Positions 23,480 to 32,000 of a stretch of DNA of 32,000 nt are shown in pieces. Made by a program: the position numbers and the translations under genes. The stretch spans positions 1,470,001 to 1,502,000 of the forward strand of contig NZ_CP007536.1 in the NCBI RefSeq assembly GCF_000698785.1, written 5' to 3'. The notes under the pieces were generated by a model. It made no database searches and was not told the DNA's origin. It was given only the letters and a program-made list of their open reading frames with translations. How positions within the stretch are numbered: the first letter of the stretch is position 1; each line of letters begins with the position of its first letter. The stretch is from Nitrososphaera viennensis EN76 (GTDB lineage: Archaea; Thermoproteota; Nitrososphaeria; Nitrososphaerales; Nitrososphaeraceae).

Positions 23480-24136
23480 ATGCTGTTAATTGGCGGCGTG
23501 GACGAGGCGGGGCGCGGCTCGATAATAGGGCCGCTCGTAGTCGCCGGCGTCTCTGTCCGCGAGTCAAAAATTACAAAATTAAAAGAGATTGGCGTCAGGG
23601 ACTCGAAGCAATTGACGCGGCAGGCCCGCGAAAGATTGTACGACGAAATAGTCAGCATCGCCGACCACCACCACATACACACGATAAAGTCGACAGAGGT
23701 TGACAGCCACGTGCTGCAGCGCGGCCTGAACAAGCTGGAGGCAAGGGCGATGGCGCACGTCATCGGCAAGATGAAGGTCGACGAGGTGTACGTCGACTGC
23801 TGCGACACAAACCCCGAACGCTATAAGGAGCACATCGCATGCCACCTAAAGAGCATGCCACAGGCGATGACAATACATTCTATGCACCATGCAGACAGGA
23901 TAAACGTGGTAGTGTCTGCGGCGTCGATACTGGCCAAGATAACGCGCGATTTGGAGATACAAAAGATAAGGAAGCGCTACCGCGACATCGGCTCCGGCTA
24001 CCCCTCCGACGAAAAGACTATGCTTTTCATCCGCAACTGGGTGGAGATGAAAAAGACGCCGCCGGCGTTTGCGAGAAAGTCGTGGAAGCCCCTGCGCATG
24101 ATGCTTGAAGGGATGGAGCAGAGGACGCTTTTCTAG
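23480..24136 (+). CDS. rnhB: ribonuclease HII
   Basis: 218 aa. It has the GVDEAGRGSIIGPLVVAGV N-terminal catalytic motif, DSKQL and ASILAK. Confidence 0.95.
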   Translation: MLLIGGVDEAGRGSIIGPLVVAGVSVRESKITKLKEIGVRDSKQLTRQARERLYDEIVSIADHHHIHTIKSTEVDSHVLQRGLNKLEARAMAHVIGKMKVDEVYVDCCDTNPERYKEHIACHLKSMPQAMTIHSMHHADRINVVVSAASILAKITRDLEIQKIRKRYRDIGSGYPSDEKTMLFIRNWVEMKKTPPAFARKSWKPLRMMLEGMEQRTLF

Positions 24137-24804
24137 GACTTGAAAAAGCAGTAGATCATGCCATGGTCCTTGTCAAACGGCTCAAGGTTCAGCACCTGGT
24201 CTATCACAAACCCCGCTTTTTCCAGCTTTTTTGCCTCCTGTACGACGACTGCCTTTGGATCCATCAGAACGTCGATGCTGCGCGTCTTTACCACAAGGAG
24301 CATGACTCCTCCCGGCTTTAGGTACGCGTTGCAGTTTGCTATCGCAATGTCCGTCTGGTCAGGCTGGGCGATGTCGCAGTAGACGACGTCGACCTTGCCA
24401 AACACGGAAAAATACGAATTCGGTTTTCTTGCATCTTCGAGGACTGGCACTACGTTCTTGCGCTTTGACGCCACGTTCTCTATAAGCTCCCGGGCAACGC
24501 GCGTAGCCGGCTCGACTGCAAACACTATGCCGGAATTGCCTACAATGTCAGAGACGTGGCTCACTGTCGTCCCGGTGGACGCGCCGAGGTACAGCACCTT
24601 GATGCCGTTTTTTATCGGCAGGTTCTTCAGCCCCTTTTTCAGCGCGCCAGCAAGCTTGCTCCGGAAAGGGTCCCACAGGCGGTATTCCTCGCCATCCTGC
24701 TTGACCAGCTTTTCACCGTAGACGCTGTTTCCGGGGACAAGGTTTATTGTGGCAGCGTGCTTTTCGCCGCCGGCAAAGATCCACCTAATACCGTCGTTTT
24801 CCAA
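24133..24804 (-). CDS. flpA: fibrillarin (rRNA/tRNA 2'-O-methyltransferase of C/D sRNPs)
   Basis: VYGEKLVKQDGEEYRLWDPFRSKLAGAL, VLYLGASTGTTVSHVSDIV and IEPFEKDH-like LEPFDKDHGMI are all present. The track ORF extends to 24990, overlapping the nop5 3' end out of frame. TTG 24804 gives a normal-sized 223-aa protein. ATG 24921 and TTG 24990 are alternatives, so the start is uncertain. Confidence 0.9.
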   Translation of the reverse strand: MENDGIRWIFAGGEKHAATINLVPGNSVYGEKLVKQDGEEYRLWDPFRSKLAGALKKGLKNLPIKNGIKVLYLGASTGTTVSHVSDIVGNSGIVFAVEPATRVARELIENVASKRKNVVPVLEDARKPNSYFSVFGKVDVVYCDIAQPDQTDIAIANCNAYLKPGGVMLLVVKTRSIDVLMDPKAVVVQEAKKLEKAGFVIDQVLNLEPFDKDHGMIYCFFKS

Positions 24805-26104
24805 AGTGCTTTCGGTCCTTTCCCTTCTTCTTGCCGCCGCCAAACCTGTCGCGGCCGCCTTCGCGCCTATCTCTTCCACCGCCGCCAAAGCGCCTCGGTC
24901 CCCTGTCCTGGCGCCTCTCATGCTCCCTGTATTTCTTGTCGCGCTCTTTTTCCGGCACCGGCTCCTTGTACTTTTCGCGGATCTCTTCAAGGCGCGTGTT
25001 CAGCTTTTCCGTGATCTGGGCGTCCTTGCCGGCGTGCCGATAATAGTCTATCCTTGCCGCGATTGCGACCTTGGACGCTACTGCGCGGGCGATTTTGCCG
25101 CGCTGCCACTTTGGAGCCGAGTGTATGAGCGGGTGCTGGAACAGTATGCCGTGCTTGGGCGGCCTTGCGCCTGTTTTCAACGCGCGGAAAAGCGCCTTTT
25201 CTGCGCCAAGCACCTGTATCGTGCTTGCAGGGAGCACGGCAAGCCTTGCGAGGCTCCCGGCCTTGGCGATGAGCCTTGCGCCCACCGCGGCTGTTAGCAA
25301 TTCTTTGACGTTCGGGGCGACTACTTCCATCGCGGCCTCGATGTGGTCTGAAAGTATGCGCCGCAAGTCAGACTGCAGAATGACCTGGTCTGCCAGCTTT
25401 TTCACGATTGCAAGGTTCTCCGGCGTCATGTCACCTCCCCTGCTGCGCTTTGCGCCGTCAAGTATTATCTCCACCTTTTTGTCCTGCATGCCGGCACTCT
25501 CCAGGATTTCCTTTGTTATCTTGTCACGCGAGCCGGCCCTGCTGATTATCTCTGCGTGCGCGACCTGGCTCTGCACGAGGTTGTCAAGCTCCGGGTAATG
25601 CAGGCCGTACCACTCGCGCATCCTCGTCCCTATCGTGTTGATTATCTTGTCCAGCTCGTCCAGCGCGTTTATCGACTGGACTATGTGAAGGTCGAGTTTC
25701 TCTGACGCTTCCTTTACGCGTGATGACGAAAGCTCTATCGCAAAGTCGCGCAGCGCCTGCATGGCGTCCTGCGGGCTTGCCGCAAACCCGGCCCTGACGA
25801 TATAGTCGGGCTTGCTTGCCTGGATCTCTTGCTGCTGGGTCTCCTGCATCATCTGGGTGTTGAGTCCGGCCTGCCGCAGCACTATTGCCACGCTTGCGTC
25901 GTTTACTGACAGGGTATCGTATGAGCGCAATTGGTCCACGAAGGGCTTGATCTCTTCCGGCGTGCCTCCGCTCTTTAGCAGGCGGTACGAGTGCAGCGCG
26001 CTGTCGAATTTCCTTGACGCCACGGCGTTGCCTGCGCCGTCAAAGGCGGCTATGCCAAGCTCCAGCAGGACCACTGAGCAAGAATTACTGTTACTTGAAG
26101 ACAT
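24785..26104 (-). CDS. nop5: Nop5 (Nop56/58 homologue) with an unusual RGG/K-rich C-terminal tail
   Basis: 439 aa. AGSLARLAVLPASTIQVLGAEKALFRALKTGARPPKHGILFQHPLI matches the Nop-domain signature. The tail reads RRFGGGGRDRREGGRDRFGGGKKKGKDRKHFGKRRY. A minus-strand TTTTTTAA box lies about 28 nt upstream of the ATG. Confidence 0.95.
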   Translation of the reverse strand: MSSSNSNSCSVVLLELGIAAFDGAGNAVASRKFDSALHSYRLLKSGGTPEEIKPFVDQLRSYDTLSVNDASVAIVLRQAGLNTQMMQETQQQEIQASKPDYIVRAGFAASPQDAMQALRDFAIELSSSRVKEASEKLDLHIVQSINALDELDKIINTIGTRMREWYGLHYPELDNLVQSQVAHAEIISRAGSRDKITKEILESAGMQDKKVEIILDGAKRSRGGDMTPENLAIVKKLADQVILQSDLRRILSDHIEAAMEVVAPNVKELLTAAVGARLIAKAGSLARLAVLPASTIQVLGAEKALFRALKTGARPPKHGILFQHPLIHSAPKWQRGKIARAVASKVAIAARIDYYRHAGKDAQITEKLNTRLEEIREKYKEPVPEKERDKKYREHERRQDRGPRRFGGGGRDRREGGRDRFGGGKKKGKDRKHFGKRRY

Positions 26105-26262
26105 TTTTGTACGTGAGTGCTACAATAATGCCATTAAAAAAGATAAGGTATAGTCGCTTGTACCCCGTAATTTTGAATAGCAAGTTCGTTTTCGCAAAGG
26201 CTGAAAGCAAATGAGTTTTCTTACTAGAATTTATACCCACCCCGCCAACTGGAGAGGCGTAT

Positions 26263-26556
26263 ATGGGCCTTGTACTTGCAGACAGAAAAGAGCTTGAGGC
26301 GCTGCTAAAGGCGGCTGCTAAAGACCCCAAGGTGGCCACGACCCTTGCGGGCAGGATGGTCCCGGGGCAGGGCGACGCGGGCGAGTTTGCGTACGGCCTT
26401 TTGGCCGGCATGGTGATCGGCAGCTTCATGGCCTCTTTTGAAGGCAAAAACGGCAGGCAGCCGGACAGGGACGAGACTGCAGACCTGCTGTCAATCGTGA
26501 TGTCGAGGATGCCGGCTCTGAGAAAGGCCATAATGAAGCAGCTAGAAATGCGTTAG
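26263..26556 (+). CDS. hypothetical protein (97 aa)
   Basis: ATG 26263 has an AATTTATAC element about 30 nt upstream. There is one hydrophobic stretch (FAYGLLAGMVIGSFMASF). I recognise no family. Confidence 0.5.
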   Translation: MGLVLADRKELEALLKAAAKDPKVATTLAGRMVPGQGDAGEFAYGLLAGMVIGSFMASFEGKNGRQPDRDETADLLSIVMSRMPALRKAIMKQLEMR

Positions 26557-26616
26557 AGAACGAACAAGAACATAGTTCGAAAACGTTTATCTAATGTTTA
26601 CGTCACAAAGCCTCCG

Positions 26617-27179
26617 TTGGAGCAAAAGTCCAAGCTGCCCGTCGCAATGCGCGACATCATCATCGTCGTTGCCGGCGTGGCCATAGTATGGCTTGGGCTC
26701 AGGCTTGCGTTTGACACCAACAACCCGTTCTACGTAGTTTCCAGCAGGAGCATGGTCCCGACTCTGGAGGTAAACGACGTCCTTGTGGTCAGGGACGGTG
26801 GCTCGTGGGACACCCTCAGGGTCGGCGACATCATCGTGTTTGACAGGCCCGACGGCGAGGACCGCGTTATTGTCCATCGCGTGGCCGAGATTGGCGAGAA
26901 TTCCGCCGGCGAGCGCGTGATCCGGACAAAGGGCGACGCAAACCCGGCCTCCATACCCGGTACGGACTATCCAATCCGCGAGGAGAACTATATCGGCAAG
27001 GTGGTGTACGTCATGCCGGGCGCCGGCGTGATAACAAAGATCATCAGCCCGCCTGTCAACTACATCATAATTGCGATAATTCTTGTGATACTGTTCTTCA
27101 GCAAGTGGGGCAGAAAGGGAAAGGGCGACGCCCCGCAGCCGCCTTCTTCTGGCACGTCAACAGGCCAGCCGCCGTCGGC

Positions 27180-27183
<4 letters not shown>
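26617..27183 (+). CDS. signal peptidase I (archaeal/ER Sec11 type, S26B)
   Basis: It has an N-terminal TM helix, the catalytic Ser motif [14 protein letters not shown] (His) and KGDAN, followed by a C-terminal TM helix. Start is TTG 26617 or ATG 26647. Confidence 0.85.
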
Positions 27184-27596
<413 letters not shown>

Positions 27597-27693
27597 AGAG
27601 CGGCAATAGAGTGGAGTATTTAGCTCCGCTTAAATTGGCTGGCTGAAATTTACTTCAAATTTTCAGGAAATCATTCAAAATATGGCAAGCAGG

Positions 27694-27720
27694 TATATAT
27701 ACCACCCCTTTATAAAGGGG
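27694..27720 (+). promoter_or_regulatory. TBP gene promoter: a TATATATA box plus a perfect 16-nt palindrome carrying a second TATA-like core
   Basis: TATATATA (27694-27701) is centred about 27 nt upstream of ATG 27724. CCCCTTTATAAAGGGG (27705-27720) is a perfect palindrome that ends 3 nt before the ATG. Confidence 0.5.
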
Positions 27721-27723
27721 ACT

Positions 27724-28287
27724 ATGCCGCAGACCAAGCCCATAGTCAGCATTGAAAACGTTGTAGCTTCTGCAACCGTCAACCAGACGGTCAACCTAAA
27801 CCTGATTACCCAGATATTCCCGGACGTCGAGTACCACCCGGACCAGTTCCCGGGCCTCGTGTTCAGGCTGAGGTCGCCCAAGACAGCGACTCTGATTTTC
27901 AGTTCCGGCAAGATGGTCTGCACCGGCGCAAAGTCGGAAAAGATGGCAATCCAGGCGGTCAAAAACGTGGTTCAAAAGCTGAAAAAGGGCGGCATCCCGC
28001 TTGAAAACGAGCCGCAGATAGAGATTCAGAACATCGTCGCGTCTGCAAGCCTCGGAGGCAAGATCCATCTGGAGCTTGCCGCGCGCGTTCTTCCAAGGAG
28101 CATGTACGAGCCGGAGCAGTTCCCCGGCCTCATCCACAGGATGCTGGACCCAAAGACGGTCATCCTGCTCTTTGCCTCCGGCAAGCTGGTGTGCACCGGC
28201 GCCAAGAAGGAGAGCGAGGTCTACAGGGCAGTCGGCAACCTCCACACGCTCCTCGAAGAAAAGAACCTGATGATATACGAAGGATGA
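27724..28287 (+). CDS. tbp: TATA-box binding protein
   Basis: There are two direct TBP repeats (IENVVASATV...QFPGLVFRL..PKTATLIFSSGKMVCTGAKS and IQNIVASASL...QFPGLIHRM..PKTVILLFASGKLVCTGAKK). The track start at 27682 would translate the promoter-like sequence. ATG 27724 (MPQTKPIVSIENVVAS) fits TBP N-termini. Confidence 0.95.
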   Translation: MPQTKPIVSIENVVASATVNQTVNLNLITQIFPDVEYHPDQFPGLVFRLRSPKTATLIFSSGKMVCTGAKSEKMAIQAVKNVVQKLKKGGIPLENEPQIEIQNIVASASLGGKIHLELAARVLPRSMYEPEQFPGLIHRMLDPKTVILLFASGKLVCTGAKKESEVYRAVGNLHTLLEEKNLMIYEG

Positions 28288-28326
28288 ATGAAGAAAGGGT
28301 AAAGGGTTATTAGCGCTCGTACTAGA

Positions 28327-29193
28327 ATGTCAGTTGTCGTGGCCAGGGCCCTTGCGCTTGCTTTTTTAGTTGCAATAATTATTGTTGTTGCATCTACCGC
28401 CACCGCAGCAGCCCCGGTCTTTTCTCAGGCTGCTGCAAAGGGCTCCCGCCCCGCGTACGTTTACGACAGGGCAGAAGTCATCACGCCTGAATACCGCCAG
28501 ATAATTGATGCGTACCTGCGTGGCCTTGACGACGCGACCACGAACGAGATCGTGATTTACACCATCCCAAGTTTTGTAGGCCACGGGATAAAGAAGGACG
28601 GAATAGAGCTTCAGGACCGCGACATGCTTGCCAACTACATCTACAACGAATTGACGCTGGACGGCGTAAAGGGCATCGGCAAGGCTGGAAAGGACAACGG
28701 CGCGCTCGTGTTGATGTCGCTAGAGCGCGACGGCGGTGGCGGCTCCATGAGGATCGAGGTGGGCAGGGGGCTTGAGGGCAACATCACTGACGGGACGGCT
28801 GGCGAAATCCTTGACCGCTACCTTGTGCCGGCAAGGCAGGAGTATGAGGACACTGGCAGTACGGCGGCGTTTGACAGGGCGTTTTTGAATACAGTGGTCG
28901 CGCTTGGCACGCAGACGGGCTACCAGGCAGGCGACTCTGTGCCTGTGCCCACGGACAGCTTTCAGCCATCAGCAGAAGACGACAATACGCAGACCGTCAT
29001 CTTTTTTGTGCTGGTCTTTGCGGCAGTCATTGCAGTAGCGGCACTGGACGCCAAGTACGGAAGGAGAAGGAGGAGGGGCGGCTACTTCATTGGCGGCGGG
29101 TATGGCGGCGGAGGCGGCTGGGGAGGAGGTAGCGGGGGAGGCGGCTTTGGCGGCGGAGGCGGCAGGTCCGGCGGCGGAGGCGCGGGGCGCTAA
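28327..29193 (+). CDS. TPM-domain protein (YgcG / TLP18.3 phosphatase-like) with a Gly-rich C-terminal tail
   Basis: 288 aa. It has an N-terminal signal/TM, a central domain (NEIVIYTIPSF...GALVLMSLE...IEVGRGLEG..TD) and a C-terminal TM, followed by GGYGGGGGWGGGSGGGGFGGGGGRSGGGGAGR. This is typical of the TPM/YgcG family, which pairs with LemA. Confidence 0.8.
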   Translation: MSVVVARALALAFLVAIIIVVASTATAAAPVFSQAAAKGSRPAYVYDRAEVITPEYRQIIDAYLRGLDDATTNEIVIYTIPSFVGHGIKKDGIELQDRDMLANYIYNELTLDGVKGIGKAGKDNGALVLMSLERDGGGGSMRIEVGRGLEGNITDGTAGEILDRYLVPARQEYEDTGSTAAFDRAFLNTVVALGTQTGYQAGDSVPVPTDSFQPSAEDDNTQTVIFFVLVFAAVIAVAALDAKYGRRRRRGGYFIGGGYGGGGGWGGGSGGGGFGGGGGRSGGGGAGR

Positions 29194-29231
29194 AGGTAAT
29201 AAATAGGCGCAGATAATGACAGGCTACCACA

Positions 29232-29846
29232 TTGGTCAAGAAGAGCATCATAATCGTTGGCGCTGTTGTTGGTGTCATTGCAATAATCATAGGCTCGCTG
29301 TATTCCATGTATTTCTCTGGCTTTAACGCGGCGCAGGCCAAGGACGAGAACGTAAAGAGGCTTGCAGCAGATATAGACGTCCAGCTGCAGCGCCGGTATG
29401 ACCTTATACCCAACATAGTCAGGACGGCGCAGGCTTACCTCCAGTTTGAAAAGAGCGTGCTTGAAGACGTCACGAGGCTCAGGACTGACTGGCAGAGGGC
29501 GCCGACAGTAAACGAGCGCGTGCAGACGAGCAACCAGATAGAAGAGGCGCTCAGCAAGATACTGATAACTTATGAAAACTACCCGGAGCTCAAGGCCGAC
29601 CAGCAGCTGAGGAGGGTCATGGACGAGCTTGCGGGCACGGAAAACCGCATAGCAGTTGCGCGCACCTACTACAACGACGGAGTGCGCGACTTTAATGTCA
29701 ACCTGCGCACGTTCCCGAACAACGTGTTCAACGAAAGCGGGTTCCTAGGCACCAAGCCTTGGGGGATGACGCAGTATGCGTCCTACCAGGCGACGACTGC
29801 TGCGCAGACGACTGTCCCGCAGGTGGACATCCAGGTGCCGCAGTAG
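29232..29846 (+). CDS. lemA: LemA family protein
   Basis: 204 aa with a TTG start. It has an N-terminal TM, the QLQRRYDLIPNIV motif and ENRIAVARTYYNDGVRDFN, typical of LemA. Confidence 0.9.
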   Translation: MVKKSIIIVGAVVGVIAIIIGSLYSMYFSGFNAAQAKDENVKRLAADIDVQLQRRYDLIPNIVRTAQAYLQFEKSVLEDVTRLRTDWQRAPTVNERVQTSNQIEEALSKILITYENYPELKADQQLRRVMDELAGTENRIAVARTYYNDGVRDFNVNLRTFPNNVFNESGFLGTKPWGMTQYASYQATTAAQTTVPQVDIQVPQ

Positions 29847-29860
29847 GCAACAGATAGCTA

Positions 29861-30493
29861 CTAGTCGGTTTCCAGGCCGCCGCTTGCGGCTATCTGCTTT
29901 ACCACGGCGTCCATGGTGCTGTCGTCGACAAGCCCGGCCTTGTGCAGGGCGCCGGCGATATCCTGTATCGTGGCAACAGAGGTGAGCCTGACTCCCATCT
30001 GCTTTAGCTTTTCCTCCGCGCCTTCCATCCTGTTCACGACGGCCACAACATCCTCCACAACGCCGCCGTTTGCCCTTATCGCGTCGATCGCCTTGCTCAC
30101 GGAAAGGCCGGTGGTCGCAACGTCGTCGACTATGACCACCCGGGCGCCGGAGGCAAGGTGGCCCTCCACCAGCTTGCTCATGCCATAGCCCTTGGACTCT
30201 TTTCTCACGTAGACAAAGGGCTTTTCCATCTCGTAGGCAAGGGCCGAGCCAAAGACGAGGCCGGAGGTCGGCACCGAGGCAAAGGTGTCAAAGCTTGCCA
30301 CCTTTTTTGCCACGGCGTCCTTGAGGGCGCCTATTGTCAGGCGAAAGTGCGCCGGAAAGCTTGGCAGCATTCTCAGGTCGATGTAGTAGGGGCTTGGCTT
30401 GCCGCTTGCAAGCGTGAATGCGCCGAACTTGAGCGCGTTGCTCTTTAGCAGGAACGACGCAAATTCCAGGGTAAAATCAGAGGAGGAAGGCAC
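29861..30493 (-). CDS. pyrE: orotate phosphoribosyltransferase
   Basis: 210 aa with a GTG start. It has FGAFTLASGKPSPYYIDLR and the PRPP-binding loop VVIVDDVATTG. A minus-strand AAAAGATAAAAA element lies about 26 nt upstream of the start. Confidence 0.9.
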   Translation of the reverse strand: MPSSSDFTLEFASFLLKSNALKFGAFTLASGKPSPYYIDLRMLPSFPAHFRLTIGALKDAVAKKVASFDTFASVPTSGLVFGSALAYEMEKPFVYVRKESKGYGMSKLVEGHLASGARVVIVDDVATTGLSVSKAIDAIRANGGVVEDVVAVVNRMEGAEEKLKQMGVRLTSVATIQDIAGALHKAGLVDDSTMDAVVKQIAASGGLETD

Positions 30494-30556
30494 GGTTGAT
30501 CTGCAAGGGATTCGTTTTTATCTTTTGTCATCGTGGCTTGCACGGGAGATAGATAT

Positions 30557-31705
30557 ATGCCGGAGATATGGCTCAGGTACGGCGGCACCGACGTGGTGCT
30601 GGACATCAGGTTTGAAAACCTGTCAAGCCAGGTCTCCTCCACGTTTTCAGCCATGCCTGACGAGCAGGCAAAAGCGGCGCTTGACTCTGTCCCAGTAACC
30701 GACAACATGCTGGTGCTGGCGCTTGCCCCGTCAAGGGCGGTCGCAAAGGCGGTTGTCTCTATTTCAGAAGCTGCAAGGGCAAAGGGCTATGCAGCCATTA
30801 CGGTTGACGTCCCTGCAAAGGCCGCCGGCGCGCTGCGGGCAAACCTTGCAGCTATTGCACCTGCCGACCCGCAGGCAGCACCTTCGATAAACCGTATTGA
30901 CTACCAGTCGCTTGAAGAGCGCGCAAAAAAATTCCAGAGCACCGTCATAGTGTCGCAGGCCGGCTTTGACCCGCTCTTTGGGTTCTCCGGGGCGCCCACC
31001 GCGCTCGTGCGCACCCTGTATCCTGAAAAAATGGCAGAGGCGTTTTCGGCGCGAAAAGAAGGCAACGTGCCGGCGCCCGGCGAGCAGGGCGAACCGCTGA
31101 AAATAGCGACGTCAGCTATTGAAGGCGTTATTATTCCTGCCGCAACGTCGGTCGAGCTTGTGGCAAACGGCGCCGGAATAGCCGGCGTGCACGCCGGCAC
31201 AGTGCAGGAGGCGTTTTCAAGGGCGGTCGAGCAATTAAAGGCGGTTGCGACCGTCGAGGCCGACCCCGTCAGGTCCGCGATAATCAGCGCCGGAAGCGAG
31301 GCTGGCACGCACGCGACGCTTGCCGGCGCGCTCTATTCCCTCTGGAACGCAGCCCACATCGTCAGGGGCGGCGGGTCTGCCGTGCTCCTTGCCGAATGCC
31401 GCGAAGGCGTCGGGGGCGGCGCGCTGCAGGCGTTTGTCGAGGGCAGGCTCAAGCAGGAACAGCTTGCAACTGCGCAATATACTGACGGCCTTGAGCACCT
31501 GCTGTACATGCAGGAGCTGAGGCAGAAATGCGAGCTGGGCCTGGTGTCGAGCCTGCCGCACTATTACGCAGGAGCAAAGCTCGGGTTTGCTACGTACGCG
31601 GGCGCAAAGGACGCCCTTGAGAAACTTCTTGCGCGAAACGGCAAGGGCCACAAGGCCCTTGTAGTGTCTGACGCCGACATCACCCTTCTCAGGCCAAGGA
31701 CGTGA
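30557..31705 (+). CDS. LarA-like / DUF2088-type protein (tentative)
   Basis: 382 aa from ATG 30557; the track start is GTG 30533. GFDPLFGFSGAPTAL and GGSAVLLAECREGVGGGALQAF resemble the LarA-family motifs GFxESHFFAGFSGGRK and GGTIIMVAGARDGHGGEGF, recalled from memory. The assignment is by eye only. Confidence 0.5.
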   Translation: MPEIWLRYGGTDVVLDIRFENLSSQVSSTFSAMPDEQAKAALDSVPVTDNMLVLALAPSRAVAKAVVSISEAARAKGYAAITVDVPAKAAGALRANLAAIAPADPQAAPSINRIDYQSLEERAKKFQSTVIVSQAGFDPLFGFSGAPTALVRTLYPEKMAEAFSARKEGNVPAPGEQGEPLKIATSAIEGVIIPAATSVELVANGAGIAGVHAGTVQEAFSRAVEQLKAVATVEADPVRSAIISAGSEAGTHATLAGALYSLWNAAHIVRGGGSAVLLAECREGVGGGALQAFVEGRLKQEQLATAQYTDGLEHLLYMQELRQKCELGLVSSLPHYYAGAKLGFATYAGAKDALEKLLARNGKGHKALVVSDADITLLRPRT

Positions 31706-32000
31706 ACACTTCGGCAGGCAGCGGCGCGCACAGGACGGCAAGTGCTATTGCAACCCAAAAGAGCGCCTTGCGCTTTTTCGACAGCGGGGACACGTCGTCA
31801 AGGGGCGTGCTTTCCGGCGCGCGTGAGCTAAAGAGGAGCACGAACGCGGCCATGATAAAGTAGCCAAGGCCTGTCAGCACTCCGACGCTAGAGTAGGTCA
31901 GGATGCGGTGCCACCTGACGCCAAGGGCAGACCTTGCAAGGTGCCCGCCGTCCAGCTGCCACGCCGGCAGCAGGTTGAGAAACGTGATGAGAAAGCCCAC
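31689..32000 (-). CDS. M50-family (site-2 protease type) membrane metalloprotease, C-terminal part (partial, continues beyond the right edge)
   Basis: It has the FLNLLPAWQLDGGHL motif (NxxPxxxLDGG), followed by hydrophobic helices. The ORF is open at 32000. Confidence 0.8.
   Translation of the reverse strand: MGFLITFLNLLPAWQLDGGHLARSALGVRWHRILTYSSVGVLTGLGYFIMAAFVLLFSSRAPESTPLDDVSPLSKKRKALFWVAIALAVLCAPLPAEVFTSLA

Overview
This is an archaeal chromosomal segment. It carries TBP, fibrillarin plus Nop5, Rio1, a Dim2-like KH protein, Trm1 and an archaeal/ER-type signal peptidase. Many genes have a TATA-like box about 27 nt upstream of the start codon, which fits leaderless transcripts. Gene content and composition fit a Nitrososphaera-like thaumarchaeon, but that taxon call is inference only.

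The dominant feature is a complete minus-strand type I-B-like CRISPR-Cas module of about 11.6 kb. It reads cas8b-cas7-cas5-cas3(HD+helicase)-cas6-cas1-cas2-cas4, then an 81-nt leader, then 48 identical 37-nt repeats with 47 spacers (5494-8942). The module sits exactly between two convergent housekeeping genes, an hsp20-like gene and a KH/Dim2-like gene. It is lower in GC by spot counts and is bounded by a 9-nt direct repeat, CTAGGTTTC.

The rest of the window is dense housekeeping:
- MTAP, then a Dps-like/TrmB-like/two-unknown operon
- PfkB kinase and UbiX
- DUF424-Rio1-KH cluster
- FNR-like reductase and Trm1
- a PLP-enzyme/rhodanese fusion
- RNase HII and fibrillarin-Nop5
- signal peptidase-YjbQ, then TBP
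- TPM-LemA pair, PyrE, a LarA-like protein and a partial M50 protease

No rRNA or tRNA gene, transposase or integrase was recognised. I did not find convincing evidence of a wholly new multi-gene system. The best leads are the cassette-like insertion of the CRISPR-Cas module, several oddities of the array and its promoters, the uncharacterised four-gene Dps/TrmB operon, and a palindromic second TATA element at the TBP gene's own start. No database search, alignment or structure prediction was run, so all family calls rest on motifs read by eye.
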